DNA of 64,000 nucleotides from Dehalococcoidia bacterium (GTDB taxonomy: Bacteria > Chloroflexota > Dehalococcoidia > GIF9 > UBA5629). How positions within the stretch are numbered: position 1 is the stretch's first letter; each line of letters begins with the position of its first letter. Under the pieces are notes generated by a model that saw only the letters and a program-made list of their open reading frames with translations, had not been told where the DNA came from and ran no database searches. Shown here one piece after another: positions 1 through 8,511 of the stretch. The stretch lies in the NCBI GenBank assembly GCA_034435835.1, contig DAOTWF010000002.1, forward strand, positions 64,395 through 128,394, given 5' to 3'. Position numbers and translations under genes: made by a program.

Positions 1-212
1 GTATAGGGTCCTCGCCATCCCGCACCACCTCACCAGCATCGACAATAGATATGCCAGATACCCTGGAAGAACGGCGCATAAGCAGCTCGAGTATCGCCTT
101 CCTGCCGACAAGCACCACCTCAACCGGGTATTGTCTTACCGCAGCAATGGCGCCCCTCACCGTCTCACGGGGGGCGTAGTCGCCACCTTCAGCATCAACA
201 GCAATTATCATG
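1..212 (-). CDS. plsX: Phosphate acyltransferase PlsX, N-terminal fragment (gene runs off the window start)
   Basis: Reverse-strand ATG at 212-210. My translation MIIAVDAEGGDYAPRETVRGAIAAVRQYPVEVVLVG resembles the PlsX N-terminal signature MxIAVDAMGGDxAP. It is absent from the ORF track because the window edge truncates it. Confidence 0.6.
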
Positions 213-351
213 GCTCCCTCTTACCATCGACTTCCACAGGCCGCACGGTTGGTAACAGAATTTAGCTGTTCGCCTGCTTTTTGTCAAGAAAGCGAAGTAA
301 AAGTAGACTTTACCCAAGGAACAGCTTCAACAGGCACAGATTCACAGCACT

Positions 352-380
352 TTGAAATATAAGAGATAAAAGTCTATAAT
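352..380 (+). promoter_or_regulatory. Sigma70-like promoter for hypAB (TTGAAA, 17 nt spacer, TATAAT)
   Basis: TTGAAA at 352-357 and TATAAT at 375-380 with an exact 17-nt spacer, 44 nt upstream of the hypA GTG. Confidence 0.4.
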
Positions 381-423
381 CCACTGGGGCTGATTGGAAA
401 CTGGATAAAGTCCCAGACCTGCA

Positions 424-765
424 GTGCACGAACTAGCCATAACGCAAAACATACTTGACATCGCTATAAACGAAGCCAAGGCAGCACGGGCAAGCCAGAT
501 AATGAAGATTAGACTTGTCATCGGGGAACTATCCGGGGTCGCCGGAGAGTGCGTGCAGTTCTATTTTGACTTCTTGAAAAAAGACAGCATCGCTCAAAAT
601 GCCACCATCGATTTTGAAACTGTTCCTGCCAAGTTGCGCTGTCGCGATTGCCAGACAAGCTTCAAGCTCGAAGATTCAAGCTGGTCATGCCCCTGCTGCC
701 GCAGCGCCAATCTGGAGATAACAGACGGGCAGAGCTGCTTTATCGAAAGCATAGAGGTCGAATAG
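424..765 (+). CDS. hypA: Hydrogenase nickel-insertion protein HypA
   Basis: 113 aa. N-terminus MHELAITQNIL is the typical HypA MHE motif. Zinc site CRDC...CPCC near the C-terminus. Directly followed by hypB. Confidence 0.9.
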   Translation: MHELAITQNILDIAINEAKAARASQIMKIRLVIGELSGVAGECVQFYFDFLKKDSIAQNATIDFETVPAKLRCRDCQTSFKLEDSSWSCPCCRSANLEITDGQSCFIESIEVE

Positions 766-1431
766 ATGAAAAGAATAAAGGTACTCCAGAACATCAGTAG
801 CGCCAACGATGCTATAGCTGCCCAGAACAGAGAGCTGCTTGACAGTTACAATATTCTGGCTATTAACCTCATGTCATCTCCAGGCGCCGGCAAGACTAGC
901 CTTATCCTAAGCACGATAGCACACCTGCGTCACCGGCTACGTATGGCTGTCATCGAAGGTGATATCGCCTCCAGAATAGATGCCGATAAAATTGGCAAAG
1001 AGGGGATTCCTGTGGTCCAGATAAACACCGGTGGTAGCTGCTCCCTTGAAGCCCATATGATCACAAACGCGCTGGAGAAATTGCCTTTGAAAACGACCGA
1101 ACTGCTGTTTATCGAGAATGTGGGCAATTTAATATGCCCGGCAGGTTTCTCGCTTGGCGAACACAGGAAAGTGGTGGTCTCAAGTATTGCCGAGGGCGAT
1201 GACAAGCCAGCTAAGTACCCTATCATGTTCTCTCTGGCTGATGCAGTGGTGATAAATAAAATTGACCTGCTTCCACTACAAGAATTCGACCTCATCGGTT
1301 TTCGCAAAAAGGTCACTGGACTGAATCCCAAAGTGACTATCTTTGAAATTTCTTGTAAGACTGGCCAGGGTATTGAAGCCTGGTGCTCTTGGCTCCTCGA
1401 GCAGTTACAAGACCGCGGGAAACACAAATAG
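766..1431 (+). CDS. hypB: Hydrogenase maturation GTPase HypB
   Basis: 221 aa. P-loop SSPGAGKTSL, ENVGNLICP and NKIDL (G4) motifs. Abuts the hypA stop. Confidence 0.9.
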   Translation: MKRIKVLQNISSANDAIAAQNRELLDSYNILAINLMSSPGAGKTSLILSTIAHLRHRLRMAVIEGDIASRIDADKIGKEGIPVVQINTGGSCSLEAHMITNALEKLPLKTTELLFIENVGNLICPAGFSLGEHRKVVVSSIAEGDDKPAKYPIMFSLADAVVINKIDLLPLQEFDLIGFRKKVTGLNPKVTIFEISCKTGQGIEAWCSWLLEQLQDRGKHK

Positions 1432-1470
1432 TAGCCAGCGTAAAAGCTGTTCCTATGTCAAAAGCTCTGA

Positions 1471-2550
1471 CTATTCGCGCCTGATCACATGCACAGCAGT
1501 AGCCTTGAAGCTGACGTAGATTTCAGCACCCGGTCCAATACCTATATCTTCAGCTGATTTCCTGGTCAATACCCCTAGCAAAGGAAAACCACAATCGACC
1601 TCGATCCTCACCAAAACACCGACATTTGCTACCTTAGTTACAATGCCCCAAAACACGTTTCTGGCGCTGGATTGCGCTCTTACCCTAGCAAAATTGATGT
1701 CTTCCGGTCTAATAGTCACCCATACTGGGTCACCCGGCTCGCAGTCAGTGATTGCCTCCAGTCTGGCTTTACCGACATCTATGACTACTAGGCCCTCGCT
1801 CTTGCTTTCCACCCTGCCCGCTAGGATATTCTCCGCGCCGACGAACTCTGCCACCTTCTTGTTTACTGGCGAGCAGAATATCTCGAACGGCTCACCTATC
1901 TGAAGTAACTCCCCAGCCATCAGTACTCCAATGCGCTGTGCCAGCCTCTGTCCCTGTCCCATATCATGGGTTGTCATCACAACCGTCATCTTTCGCGATC
2001 TGATTAGCCGCTGCAAAACTGTCTCCACCTTTGCCGCCGACACCGGGTCAAGACTGGCTGTAGGCTCATCCAGAAACAGCACCTCCGGGTCACTGACAAG
2101 CGCCCTAGCTAAAGCCACCATCTGCATCTCGCCCACAGAAAGTGCTTTAGCGTCCCGGTCAATATACTCGGACATCCCTATCAATCCCAAGGTGGATTCA
2201 ATCCTGTCCCCCGCCGATTTTGAATGTCCACCCCGCCACTTGAGACCACAGGCAACATTGTCGCGGACGCTCCCTGAGAAGACCACCGGCTTCTGCGCCA
2301 CAAATGACATTCTACGCCTTGCCCACAGCCTCAGATGCCCAGACGAGGTCACATTGACATCCTGAAAATAGACCTCGCCACTTGACGGCAGCTCCAAGAG
2401 ATCTAGTATTCTGAGAAGCGTGGTTTTCCCGGCACCACGAGGTCCTATGAGGGCTAAAACCTCTCCCTCATTGATTTGCAAGCTTATGCCCTTCAACACC
2501 GGCCTTCCCTGATAATGTTTTTCCAGCTTGAGAGCCTCTATCAATGCCAT
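1471..2550 (-). CDS. tupC: Tungstate/molybdate-type ABC transporter ATP-binding protein with C-terminal TOBE-like domain
   Basis: 359 aa. Walker A GPRGAGKTT, signature LSVGEMQMVALARAL, Walker B LFLDEPT. A C-terminal extension of about 120 aa is typical of ModC/TupC-type TOBE domains. It is the last gene after the permease and binding protein. Confidence 0.75.
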   Translation of the reverse strand: MALIEALKLEKHYQGRPVLKGISLQINEGEVLALIGPRGAGKTTLLRILDLLELPSSGEVYFQDVNVTSSGHLRLWARRRMSFVAQKPVVFSGSVRDNVACGLKWRGGHSKSAGDRIESTLGLIGMSEYIDRDAKALSVGEMQMVALARALVSDPEVLFLDEPTASLDPVSAAKVETVLQRLIRSRKMTVVMTTHDMGQGQRLAQRIGVLMAGELLQIGEPFEIFCSPVNKKVAEFVGAENILAGRVESKSEGLVVIDVGKARLEAITDCEPGDPVWVTIRPEDINFARVRAQSSARNVFWGIVTKVANVGVLVRIEVDCGFPLLGVLTRKSAEDIGIGPGAEIYVSFKATAVHVIRRE

Positions 2551-2551
2551 C

Positions 2552-3238
2552 TCACTTGCGCTGCAACCAGCTTATTAGCAAATTCACCAAAAGGGCTAAC
2601 GTCAGCAATATTATTCCCAGTGCTATCGCCAGCTCTAAATTACCCCTAGAGGTCTCTACGGAAATGGCGGTGGTTAACGTACGCGTAAACCCCTTTATAT
2701 TGCCACCGACCATTAAAGATAGCCCCACCTCGGAGATAGCCCTGCCAAAACCCATCACCGCCGCTGTAATTAGGGCATAGCGGGCTTCCTTCATCACCTG
2801 TAAAGCAGCCTGAAGCCTGCTGGCACCAAGCCCCACTGCCGCTTCATACACAGCGGTATCCACACCTTTCAAGGCGGACACACCCAGTCCGAACACAATA
2901 GGGCTAACAAAGATTACTTGACCTATTACCATGGCTGCCGGAGTGAATAGCAGCCCCAAATTGCCCAGCGGTCCCGACCGTGAAAGCAGCACAAAAATAA
3001 ACAGCCCCACCAGTACCGTGGGTAGGCTATACAGGGTCTGCACCAGACTCATAAACAACCTTTTCCCAGGAAAGGTACTGAAATGCATCAGCCCTCCCAG
3101 TGGAAAGCAGATGGCACAGGCAATGCCGCAGGATGTCACCGAGATAATAAGCGACCTTGCAGATATCTCCACCACCTCCGCATCAAAAGAGGCAATAAGC
3201 TCCACCGCTTTGACGAAGCCACGTCCTAGTTCTTCCAT
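2552..3238 (-). CDS. tupB: ABC transporter permease (TupB-like)
   Basis: Multi-pass hydrophobic protein between the binding-protein and ATPase genes. I prefer the ATG at 3238 (MEELGRGF...) to the TTG at 3295, because it removes a 70-nt overlap with the upstream gene, whose stop is at 3226-3228. Confidence 0.75.
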   Translation of the reverse strand: MEELGRGFVKAVELIASFDAEVVEISARSLIISVTSCGIACAICFPLGGLMHFSTFPGKRLFMSLVQTLYSLPTVLVGLFIFVLLSRSGPLGNLGLLFTPAAMVIGQVIFVSPIVFGLGVSALKGVDTAVYEAAVGLGASRLQAALQVMKEARYALITAAVMGFGRAISEVGLSLMVGGNIKGFTRTLTTAISVETSRGNLELAIALGIILLTLALLVNLLISWLQRK

Positions 3239-4140
3239 CGCTCCAGCATTAATGTCGAGCAGTAAGCTGCCCGTGAAGAAAGCCGCTGTTTGCAATCACA
3301 ATACGGAAGAAACAACGGCTCCCCATAAGGCTGTACCCTGTAGCCTCTGAGTAAAGTCTGCACATCCCCGGAGACCAAAAAATTTGCCAGCAGCTTTGCC
3401 CCCTGATAATTCACCCCGGGACATCTTTCCGGGCTAACGATGATAATGGAATAAACATTAAGCATGGCTTCGTCATCGTCAACCAGGGGTACTATGTCCA
3501 GCTCCCTACTAAAGGTCAGAAAGGTTGCCCTGTCTGCAAGTGTGTAGCCTTTTTTTTCAGAAGCTAGTTGTAAGGTTGACCCCATGCCCGCCCCTGTCTC
3601 CATATACCACTGGCTCTTTCTTATCTTTTCATAATTGACACCCACCCTCTGCCACATTTCCTTCTCCTTGGCATGTGTGCCGGACTCGTCACCACGGGAA
3701 ACGAAGATAGCGCTACCGTATGTGGCTAATCTAGCAAAAGCCTCCTCCGCCTTCAGTCCTCTTATACCAGCCGGGTCATTCTCAGGCCCTATAATCAAAA
3801 ACCGATTGCAGGCAAATGGCGTCCGTGCCAGCCCGCATCCTTTAGAAACAAATTGCTCCTCTCTTTCCGGGTCATGGGTAACAATGGCATCTACATCGCC
3901 TTTTTCGGCATAGCGCACGGCTACACCACTGCCGGTACACAATACCTGCAGGTCAATCCCGTTTCTTTCCTCAAAAAGCGGCTCAAGGTATTCCCACAGG
4001 CCAGAATCGCACAGGCTCGTGGTGCTGGCTACCTTCAACTTGGACTGGGCTATATTATGTCTGGCAGCGGTACAACCAACCGTTATAAAAAGAAAGGATA
4101 GGGCAGCCAGCAGGACAACACAGGCGAGTCTTATACTCAA
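3226..4140 (-). CDS. tupA: Tungstate ABC transporter substrate-binding lipoprotein (TupA-like)
   Basis: The motif VASTTSLCDSGLWEYLEPLF matches the TupA TTTSxxDSGL anion-binding signature. Lipoprotein-like signal LSIRLACVVLLAALSFLFITVGC. I place the start at the TTG at 4140, preceded by GGAAAGGAGA. The ORF-track start at 4323 would run through the promoter and structured leader. Confidence 0.75.
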   Translation of the reverse strand: MSIRLACVVLLAALSFLFITVGCTAARHNIAQSKLKVASTTSLCDSGLWEYLEPLFEERNGIDLQVLCTGSGVAVRYAEKGDVDAIVTHDPEREEQFVSKGCGLARTPFACNRFLIIGPENDPAGIRGLKAEEAFARLATYGSAIFVSRGDESGTHAKEKEMWQRVGVNYEKIRKSQWYMETGAGMGSTLQLASEKKGYTLADRATFLTFSRELDIVPLVDDDEAMLNVYSIIIVSPERCPGVNYQGAKLLANFLVSGDVQTLLRGYRVQPYGEPLFLPYCDCKQRLSSRAAYCSTLMLERWKN

Positions 4141-4257
4141 AAAACCAGCTCTCCTTTCCAAACACGGGAGGCACCACCGTTTCCAATGGCACCCTGGCGG
4201 CCCCTGTCCATAGGCTTTTGCCTTTAGGACAAAAGGCTCGGAAAGCCTCTTGTCGAT
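4141..4257 (-). promoter_or_regulatory. Candidate Moco/Tuco (molybdenum/tungsten cofactor) riboswitch in the tupABC leader
   Basis: The minus-strand leader reads GAGGCUUUCCGAGCC-UUUUGUCCUAAAGGCAAAAG-CCUAUGGACAGGGGCCGCCAGGGUG-CCAUUGGAAACGGUGG-UGCCUCCCGUGUUUGGAAAGGAG. It has a P1 (GAGGC/GCCUC), the conserved-looking CCGAGCC and GCCUCCC blocks, a CUUUUG/CAAAAG hairpin and a GAAA-tetraloop hairpin. The RBS lies immediately 3' of P1. Compared to the Moco motif from memory only. Confidence 0.5.
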
Positions 4258-4263
4258 TTCTCC

Positions 4264-4293
4264 ATTATAACAAGCTAATATGACCAGTGACAA
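4264..4293 (-). promoter_or_regulatory. Sigma70-like promoter for the tupABC leader (TTGTCA, 18 nt spacer, TATAAT)
   Basis: On the minus strand, TTGTCA lies at 4293-4288 and TATAAT at 4269-4264. It is divergent from the trp promoter. Confidence 0.45.
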
Positions 4294-4327
4294 TATGCAG
4301 CAAACCGACGATGGGCAAGACAAGCAC

Positions 4328-4357
4328 TTGACAACCCGGCAGACTTGGATTTATACT
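4328..4357 (+). promoter_or_regulatory. Sigma70-like promoter for the trp leader (TTGACA, 18 nt spacer, TATACT)
   Basis: TTGACA at 4328-4333 and TATACT at 4352-4357. Confidence 0.4.
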
Positions 4358-4363
4358 TGAGTT

Positions 4364-4653
4364 CAAAAGAATACTGCAAAGGCTGGGAACGAGACTAGTA
4401 GGCCTCCAGCGAAGCTCAGAGAGCCGGGGTAGGTGTGAGCCGGTGCTGGCGCAGAGGCTGAATGGACTCAGGAGCTGCAAACCGAAAGGGTCATCCCTGA
4501 GTAGGCTTTGACGGAAAGGGCACCGTTATCCAAGCCCAGGGTATCGCTCGGGAAACTGGGCCGTACCTGGAACGAGATGGCTACCAAAAGGTAGCTAAGT
4601 AGGGTGGCACCGCGAAGGTAGAACCCCTCGCCCCTATAGGCGAGGGGTTTTTA
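4364..4653 (+). promoter_or_regulatory. T-box riboswitch leader, tryptophan-specific (UGG specifier)
   Basis: AG-bay AGAGAG at 4417-4422. The specifier-loop context GAA-UGG-A has UGG at 4463-4465. S-turn-like GAGUA. Conserved T-box sequence AGGGUGGCACCGCG at 4601-4614, whose UGGC can pair with a tRNA GCCA end. An intrinsic terminator follows, directly upstream of trpE. Confidence 0.8.
4624..4653 (+). terminator. Intrinsic terminator of the T-box leader
   Basis: Stem CCCCTCGCC (4624-4632) pairs with GGCGAGGGG (4640-4648), followed by TTTTT (4649-4653). Its 5' arm lies adjacent to the T-box sequence, which leaves room for an antiterminator alternative. Confidence 0.8.
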
Positions 4654-4672
4654 ATTTGCCTTAAGGAGAGAC

Positions 4673-6124
4673 ATGTATTATCCGTCCCTTAAAGAATTGA
4701 AAAAAATCGACAGAAGTCAGGGCAATCTGGTTCCGATCTGCCGTGAAATCATCGCTGATTTGGAGACGCCAGTATCTGCCTACCTCAAGATCAACCGCGG
4801 CAATTACTCATTCCTCCTGGAGAGCGTTGAGGGGACTGAGCGGCTGGCGAGATATAGTTTCATAGGTACCGACCCATACCGTGTCCTAATCACCAGAAAG
4901 GATGACAACCTCAATCCACTACCGCTGCTGGCTGCAGAGCTCAACTGTTACAGGATGGTGCCGATCCCGGAGCTGCCCAGATTCTGTGGCGGCGCGGTTG
5001 GCTATTTGAGTTACGAGGTCGCCACACACTTCGAAAAGCTGCCTTCCCCCATCAATGACCCCCTGGGTCTGCCCGAGTCTATATTCTTGTTTGTCGACAC
5101 CATACTCGTTTTCGATCATGTCACCCATAAGATCAAAATACTGAGCCAGGTAAAACTCAATGGCGACCTAGAGAAATCGTACAGCGAAGCTGTTGAAAGG
5201 ATTGAAGCTATGGCAGAGAGACTAAAACAGCCGCTGCCCCGCGTAAAAGCACAGCCGAGCCATCGTTATAGTGCAGATAGCTACTGTCTTTCCTCAAACC
5301 TCACCAAAGAGCAGTTTGAGGCTCGCGTCGTCAAAGCCAAAGAATATATAACCTGTGGCGAGGCTATACAAGTAGTGCTCTCACAGCGTCTGGCAAGACC
5401 CATCAGCGCCGAGCCTTTTGGAATCTACCGGGCACTACGTACCCTGAACCCCTCACCGTACATGTTCTTCCTAGACTTCAAGGACTTCCAGCTTCTGGGG
5501 GCATCCCCGGAGATACTCGTAAGGGTGGAGGACGACATAGTGATGACCCGTCCACTGGCTGGGACAAGGCCTCGGGGCAAAACCCCTGCAGAAGATATAG
5601 CCCTAGAGCAGGAACTGCGAAATGACGAAAAGGAGAGGGCTGAGCATATCATGCTGGTCGACCTGGGACGCAACGATATCGGGCGGATCAGCGAACCCGG
5701 GACAGTGGAGATGAGCAGGCTCATGGAGGTAGAACGTTACTCACACGTGATGCATCTGGTCACACATGTGCAGGGCAAACTGAGACATGATCTGACACCC
5801 TTCCATGCCCTTGAAGCCTGCTTTCCCGCTGGCACCGTCTCTGGAGCGCCCAAGATCCGGGCAATGGAGATAATAGCCGAACTTGAACCGGACAGAAGGG
5901 GACCTTACGCCGGCGCAGTGGGCTACTTCTCCTTTTCAGGCAATATGGACATGGCTATCACCATAAGGAGCATGGTGGCAAAAGAGAGATTAGCATACAT
6001 ACAGGCAGGCTGCGGAATTGTCTATGACAGCATTCCTGAACGCGAATTCGCCGAGACATTGAATAAGGCGAGAGCCTTGCTTCAGGCAATCGAGCAGGCA
6101 GAGTGCCCTAGAGGAGACACATAA
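4673..6124 (+). CDS. trpE: Anthranilate synthase component I
   Basis: 483 aa. Motifs LLESVEG, GAVGYFSFSGNMDMAITIR and IQAGCGIVYDS. RBS AAGGAGAG. First gene of the trp operon. Confidence 0.92.
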   Translation: MYYPSLKELKKIDRSQGNLVPICREIIADLETPVSAYLKINRGNYSFLLESVEGTERLARYSFIGTDPYRVLITRKDDNLNPLPLLAAELNCYRMVPIPELPRFCGGAVGYLSYEVATHFEKLPSPINDPLGLPESIFLFVDTILVFDHVTHKIKILSQVKLNGDLEKSYSEAVERIEAMAERLKQPLPRVKAQPSHRYSADSYCLSSNLTKEQFEARVVKAKEYITCGEAIQVVLSQRLARPISAEPFGIYRALRTLNPSPYMFFLDFKDFQLLGASPEILVRVEDDIVMTRPLAGTRPRGKTPAEDIALEQELRNDEKERAEHIMLVDLGRNDIGRISEPGTVEMSRLMEVERYSHVMHLVTHVQGKLRHDLTPFHALEACFPAGTVSGAPKIRAMEIIAELEPDRRGPYAGAVGYFSFSGNMDMAITIRSMVAKERLAYIQAGCGIVYDSIPEREFAETLNKARALLQAIEQAECPRGDT

Positions 6125-6129
6125 ATACG

Positions 6130-6696
6130 ATGGTACTGTTAATTGACAACTACGATAGCTTCACTTTTAACTTGTACCAGTACCTGAGCGAGCTCGGTGC
6201 CGAGATGATAGTACGGCGTAACGACAGGATAACCCTCGAGGAGATAGAACAGATAAAACCGAGAGCGATAGTTATATCGCCGGGCCCCTCGACCCCACTG
6301 AACACTGGCGTTTGTAATGAGGTTATCCAGCACTTTTCCCCGAAACTGCCCATGCTCGGCGTCTGCCTGGGCCATCAGTGTATCGGCTATGTGTTTGGAG
6401 CCAAAATACAGCGAGCCAGAGAGATCATGCACGGGAAAGCATCGCTGATATACCACGACAATCAGGGTGTACTGAAGGGGCTGCCAAACCCGTTTTCCGC
6501 TATACGCTACCACTCGCTTGTGGTGGCAAACGAAGGATTGCCGGACTGTCTCAAAACAACCTGCTGGACAACAGATGGTACTATCATGGGCATCAGGCAC
6601 CGCGAATACCCCGTGGAAGGCGTACAGTTCCATCCTGAGTCGTTCATGACAGAAAACGGCAAAGAAATTTTGAAAAATTTCTTGAAAATGGGGTGA
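6130..6696 (+). CDS. trpG: Anthranilate synthase component II (glutamine amidotransferase)
   Basis: 188 aa. Class-I GATase motifs GVCLGHQCIG and GVQFHPES. Confidence 0.9.
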   Translation: MVLLIDNYDSFTFNLYQYLSELGAEMIVRRNDRITLEEIEQIKPRAIVISPGPSTPLNTGVCNEVIQHFSPKLPMLGVCLGHQCIGYVFGAKIQRAREIMHGKASLIYHDNQGVLKGLPNPFSAIRYHSLVVANEGLPDCLKTTCWTTDGTIMGIRHREYPVEGVQFHPESFMTENGKEILKNFLKMG

Positions 6697-7715
6697 AGGG
6701 CATGATCAAAGAGGCTATTTCGATGTTAGTTAGCGGGCAATCGCTGACTACAGAACAGGCAGCACAGGTAATGCGTGAGATAATGGATGGTGAAGCCACT
6801 CCCGCCCAGCTTGGAGCTTTCCTCGCTGCCCTGCGATTAAAGGGGGAAACGGTAGAAGAAATCGTAGGGCTGGCGAAGACAATGAGGGGAAAAGCCGTCC
6901 CTGTAAGCACAACTAGTATGGTGGTCGATACCTGTGGCACCGGCGGCGATGGCTCGAACACCTTCAATATCTCGACCGCAGCAGCCATTGTCGCTGCCGC
7001 AGCCGGGGTCAAAATAGCCAAGCACGGCAATCGGGCCATGAGCAGCCAGTGCGGCAGCGCCGACGTCCTAGAAGCGCTTGGAGTTCACATAAATCTGACT
7101 GCCGAACAAGTAGCAAAGTGTATTGAGCAGACAGGCATTGGTTTTTTGTTTGCACCCAACTTTCACCCGGCTATGAAACACGCCGCCGCTCCCAGGCGCG
7201 AGATCGGTATCCGCACCGTGTTCAACATTCTGGGCCCTCTCACCAATCCAGCAAATGCCCGAGCACAGGTTTTGGGAGTCGCTGATATCTCCCTAACAGA
7301 AAAACTGGCGAGAGCACTGGCACATCTGGGCTGCCAACATGCACTGGTAGTACACGGGGAGGACGGCTTAGACGAAGTCACCCTGACGGGCAAGACATTT
7401 ATCTGCCAGATAAAGGAGGGAAAAACAACCACTTACACCATCACTCCGGAAGACTTGGGGTTGCCTTATACGAGCAAGGAAAAATTGAAAGGCGGTAACC
7501 CGCAGGAAAATGCCGAACTGTTACGCAGCATCCTCAGCGGTTCCAGGGGGCCACAGCGTGATGTGGTGCTGGCTAACGCTGCAGCCGTGCTTGTTGTGGC
7601 AGATAAAGCAAAAACACTCAGGGAAGGAGTGCCTCTGGCTGCAGAGGTAATCGATACCGGACGGGCATTGCTGAAACTCAAAGAGCTGATAGATTTCACC
7701 CAGAAGATGAATTAG
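6693..7715 (+). CDS. trpD: Anthranilate phosphoribosyltransferase
   Basis: 340 aa. Motifs DTCGTGGDGSNTFNISTAAA and KHGNRA. 4-nt overlap with the trpG stop. Confidence 0.9.
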   Translation: MKGMIKEAISMLVSGQSLTTEQAAQVMREIMDGEATPAQLGAFLAALRLKGETVEEIVGLAKTMRGKAVPVSTTSMVVDTCGTGGDGSNTFNISTAAAIVAAAAGVKIAKHGNRAMSSQCGSADVLEALGVHINLTAEQVAKCIEQTGIGFLFAPNFHPAMKHAAAPRREIGIRTVFNILGPLTNPANARAQVLGVADISLTEKLARALAHLGCQHALVVHGEDGLDEVTLTGKTFICQIKEGKTTTYTITPEDLGLPYTSKEKLKGGNPQENAELLRSILSGSRGPQRDVVLANAAAVLVVADKAKTLREGVPLAAEVIDTGRALLKLKELIDFTQKMN

Positions 7716-7725
7716 CAAAAGGGAC

Positions 7726-8511
7726 ATGTCTGCACTTCTTTCTCATATCGTATCCAATAAACTCCAAGAGTTGGATTACAGCAAACGGGTGGTGCCGCTT
7801 ACAGAGATAAGGCAGATGGCAATAGACCAGCCACCCCCTCTGGACTTCGCTTCAGCCATCGAGGGTAACGACTTAAAACTGATTGCAGAGGTGAAAAAAG
7901 CATCGCCATCCAGGGGTATAATTCGCAAAGATTTCGACCCGTGTGCCATAGCTAAAATTTATGTAAACAGTGGTGCTACCGCCATATCTGTACTCACGGA
8001 AAACAGATATTTCGGCGGGAATTTGAGTCATCTAAAGGAGATAAAACAGTCACTCCCCAGACCGGTTCCGCTCCTGAGGAAAGACTTCATCCTCGACCCC
8101 TATCAGGTCTATGAGTCTCGTGCCCACGGTGCTGACAGCCTGTTGCTCATCGTACAAATTCTTAGCCAGACACAACTAATGGAACTCCTCGGTCTGAGCC
8201 ACGAAATAGATATGGATTGCCTTGTTGAAGTGCACAACGAAACCGAACTGGAGACAGCAATTCACAGCGGTGCCAGGATCATCGGCATCAACAATCGCGA
8301 CCTGCTGACCTTCCAGACCGATCTCTCGACCACTGAGCGACTGCGGCCGTTGATACCACATGGCCTTCTGGTGGTCAGTGAAAGCGGTATTAAAGGGCGT
8401 CCTGACATCGAGAGGCTACAAAAGCTAAAAATCAATGCCGTCCTCGTAGGTGAAGCATTGATGTCTGCACCTGACATAGCAGCCAAGATTAAGGAAATGT
8501 TTAACCCGTGA
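7726..8511 (+). CDS. trpC: Indole-3-glycerol-phosphate synthase
   Basis: 261 aa. Motifs IAEVKKASPSRG and GINNRDL. Confidence 0.9.
   Translation: MSALLSHIVSNKLQELDYSKRVVPLTEIRQMAIDQPPPLDFASAIEGNDLKLIAEVKKASPSRGIIRKDFDPCAIAKIYVNSGATAISVLTENRYFGGNLSHLKEIKQSLPRPVPLLRKDFILDPYQVYESRAHGADSLLLIVQILSQTQLMELLGLSHEIDMDCLVEVHNETELETAIHSGARIIGINNRDLLTFQTDLSTTERLRPLIPHGLLVVSESGIKGRPDIERLQKLKINAVLVGEALMSAPDIAAKIKEMFNP

Noticed and set aside
4141-4323. N-terminal 61 codons of the 365-aa ORF 3226-4323 (MSCPSSVCCILSLV...), as given in the ORF track.
   Set aside because: The lipoprotein signal peptide begins only at LSIRLACVV..., behind a strong RBS (GGAAAGGAGA) and a TTG at 4140. The upstream part coincides with a consensus promoter and a structured leader, so I treat it as non-coding.
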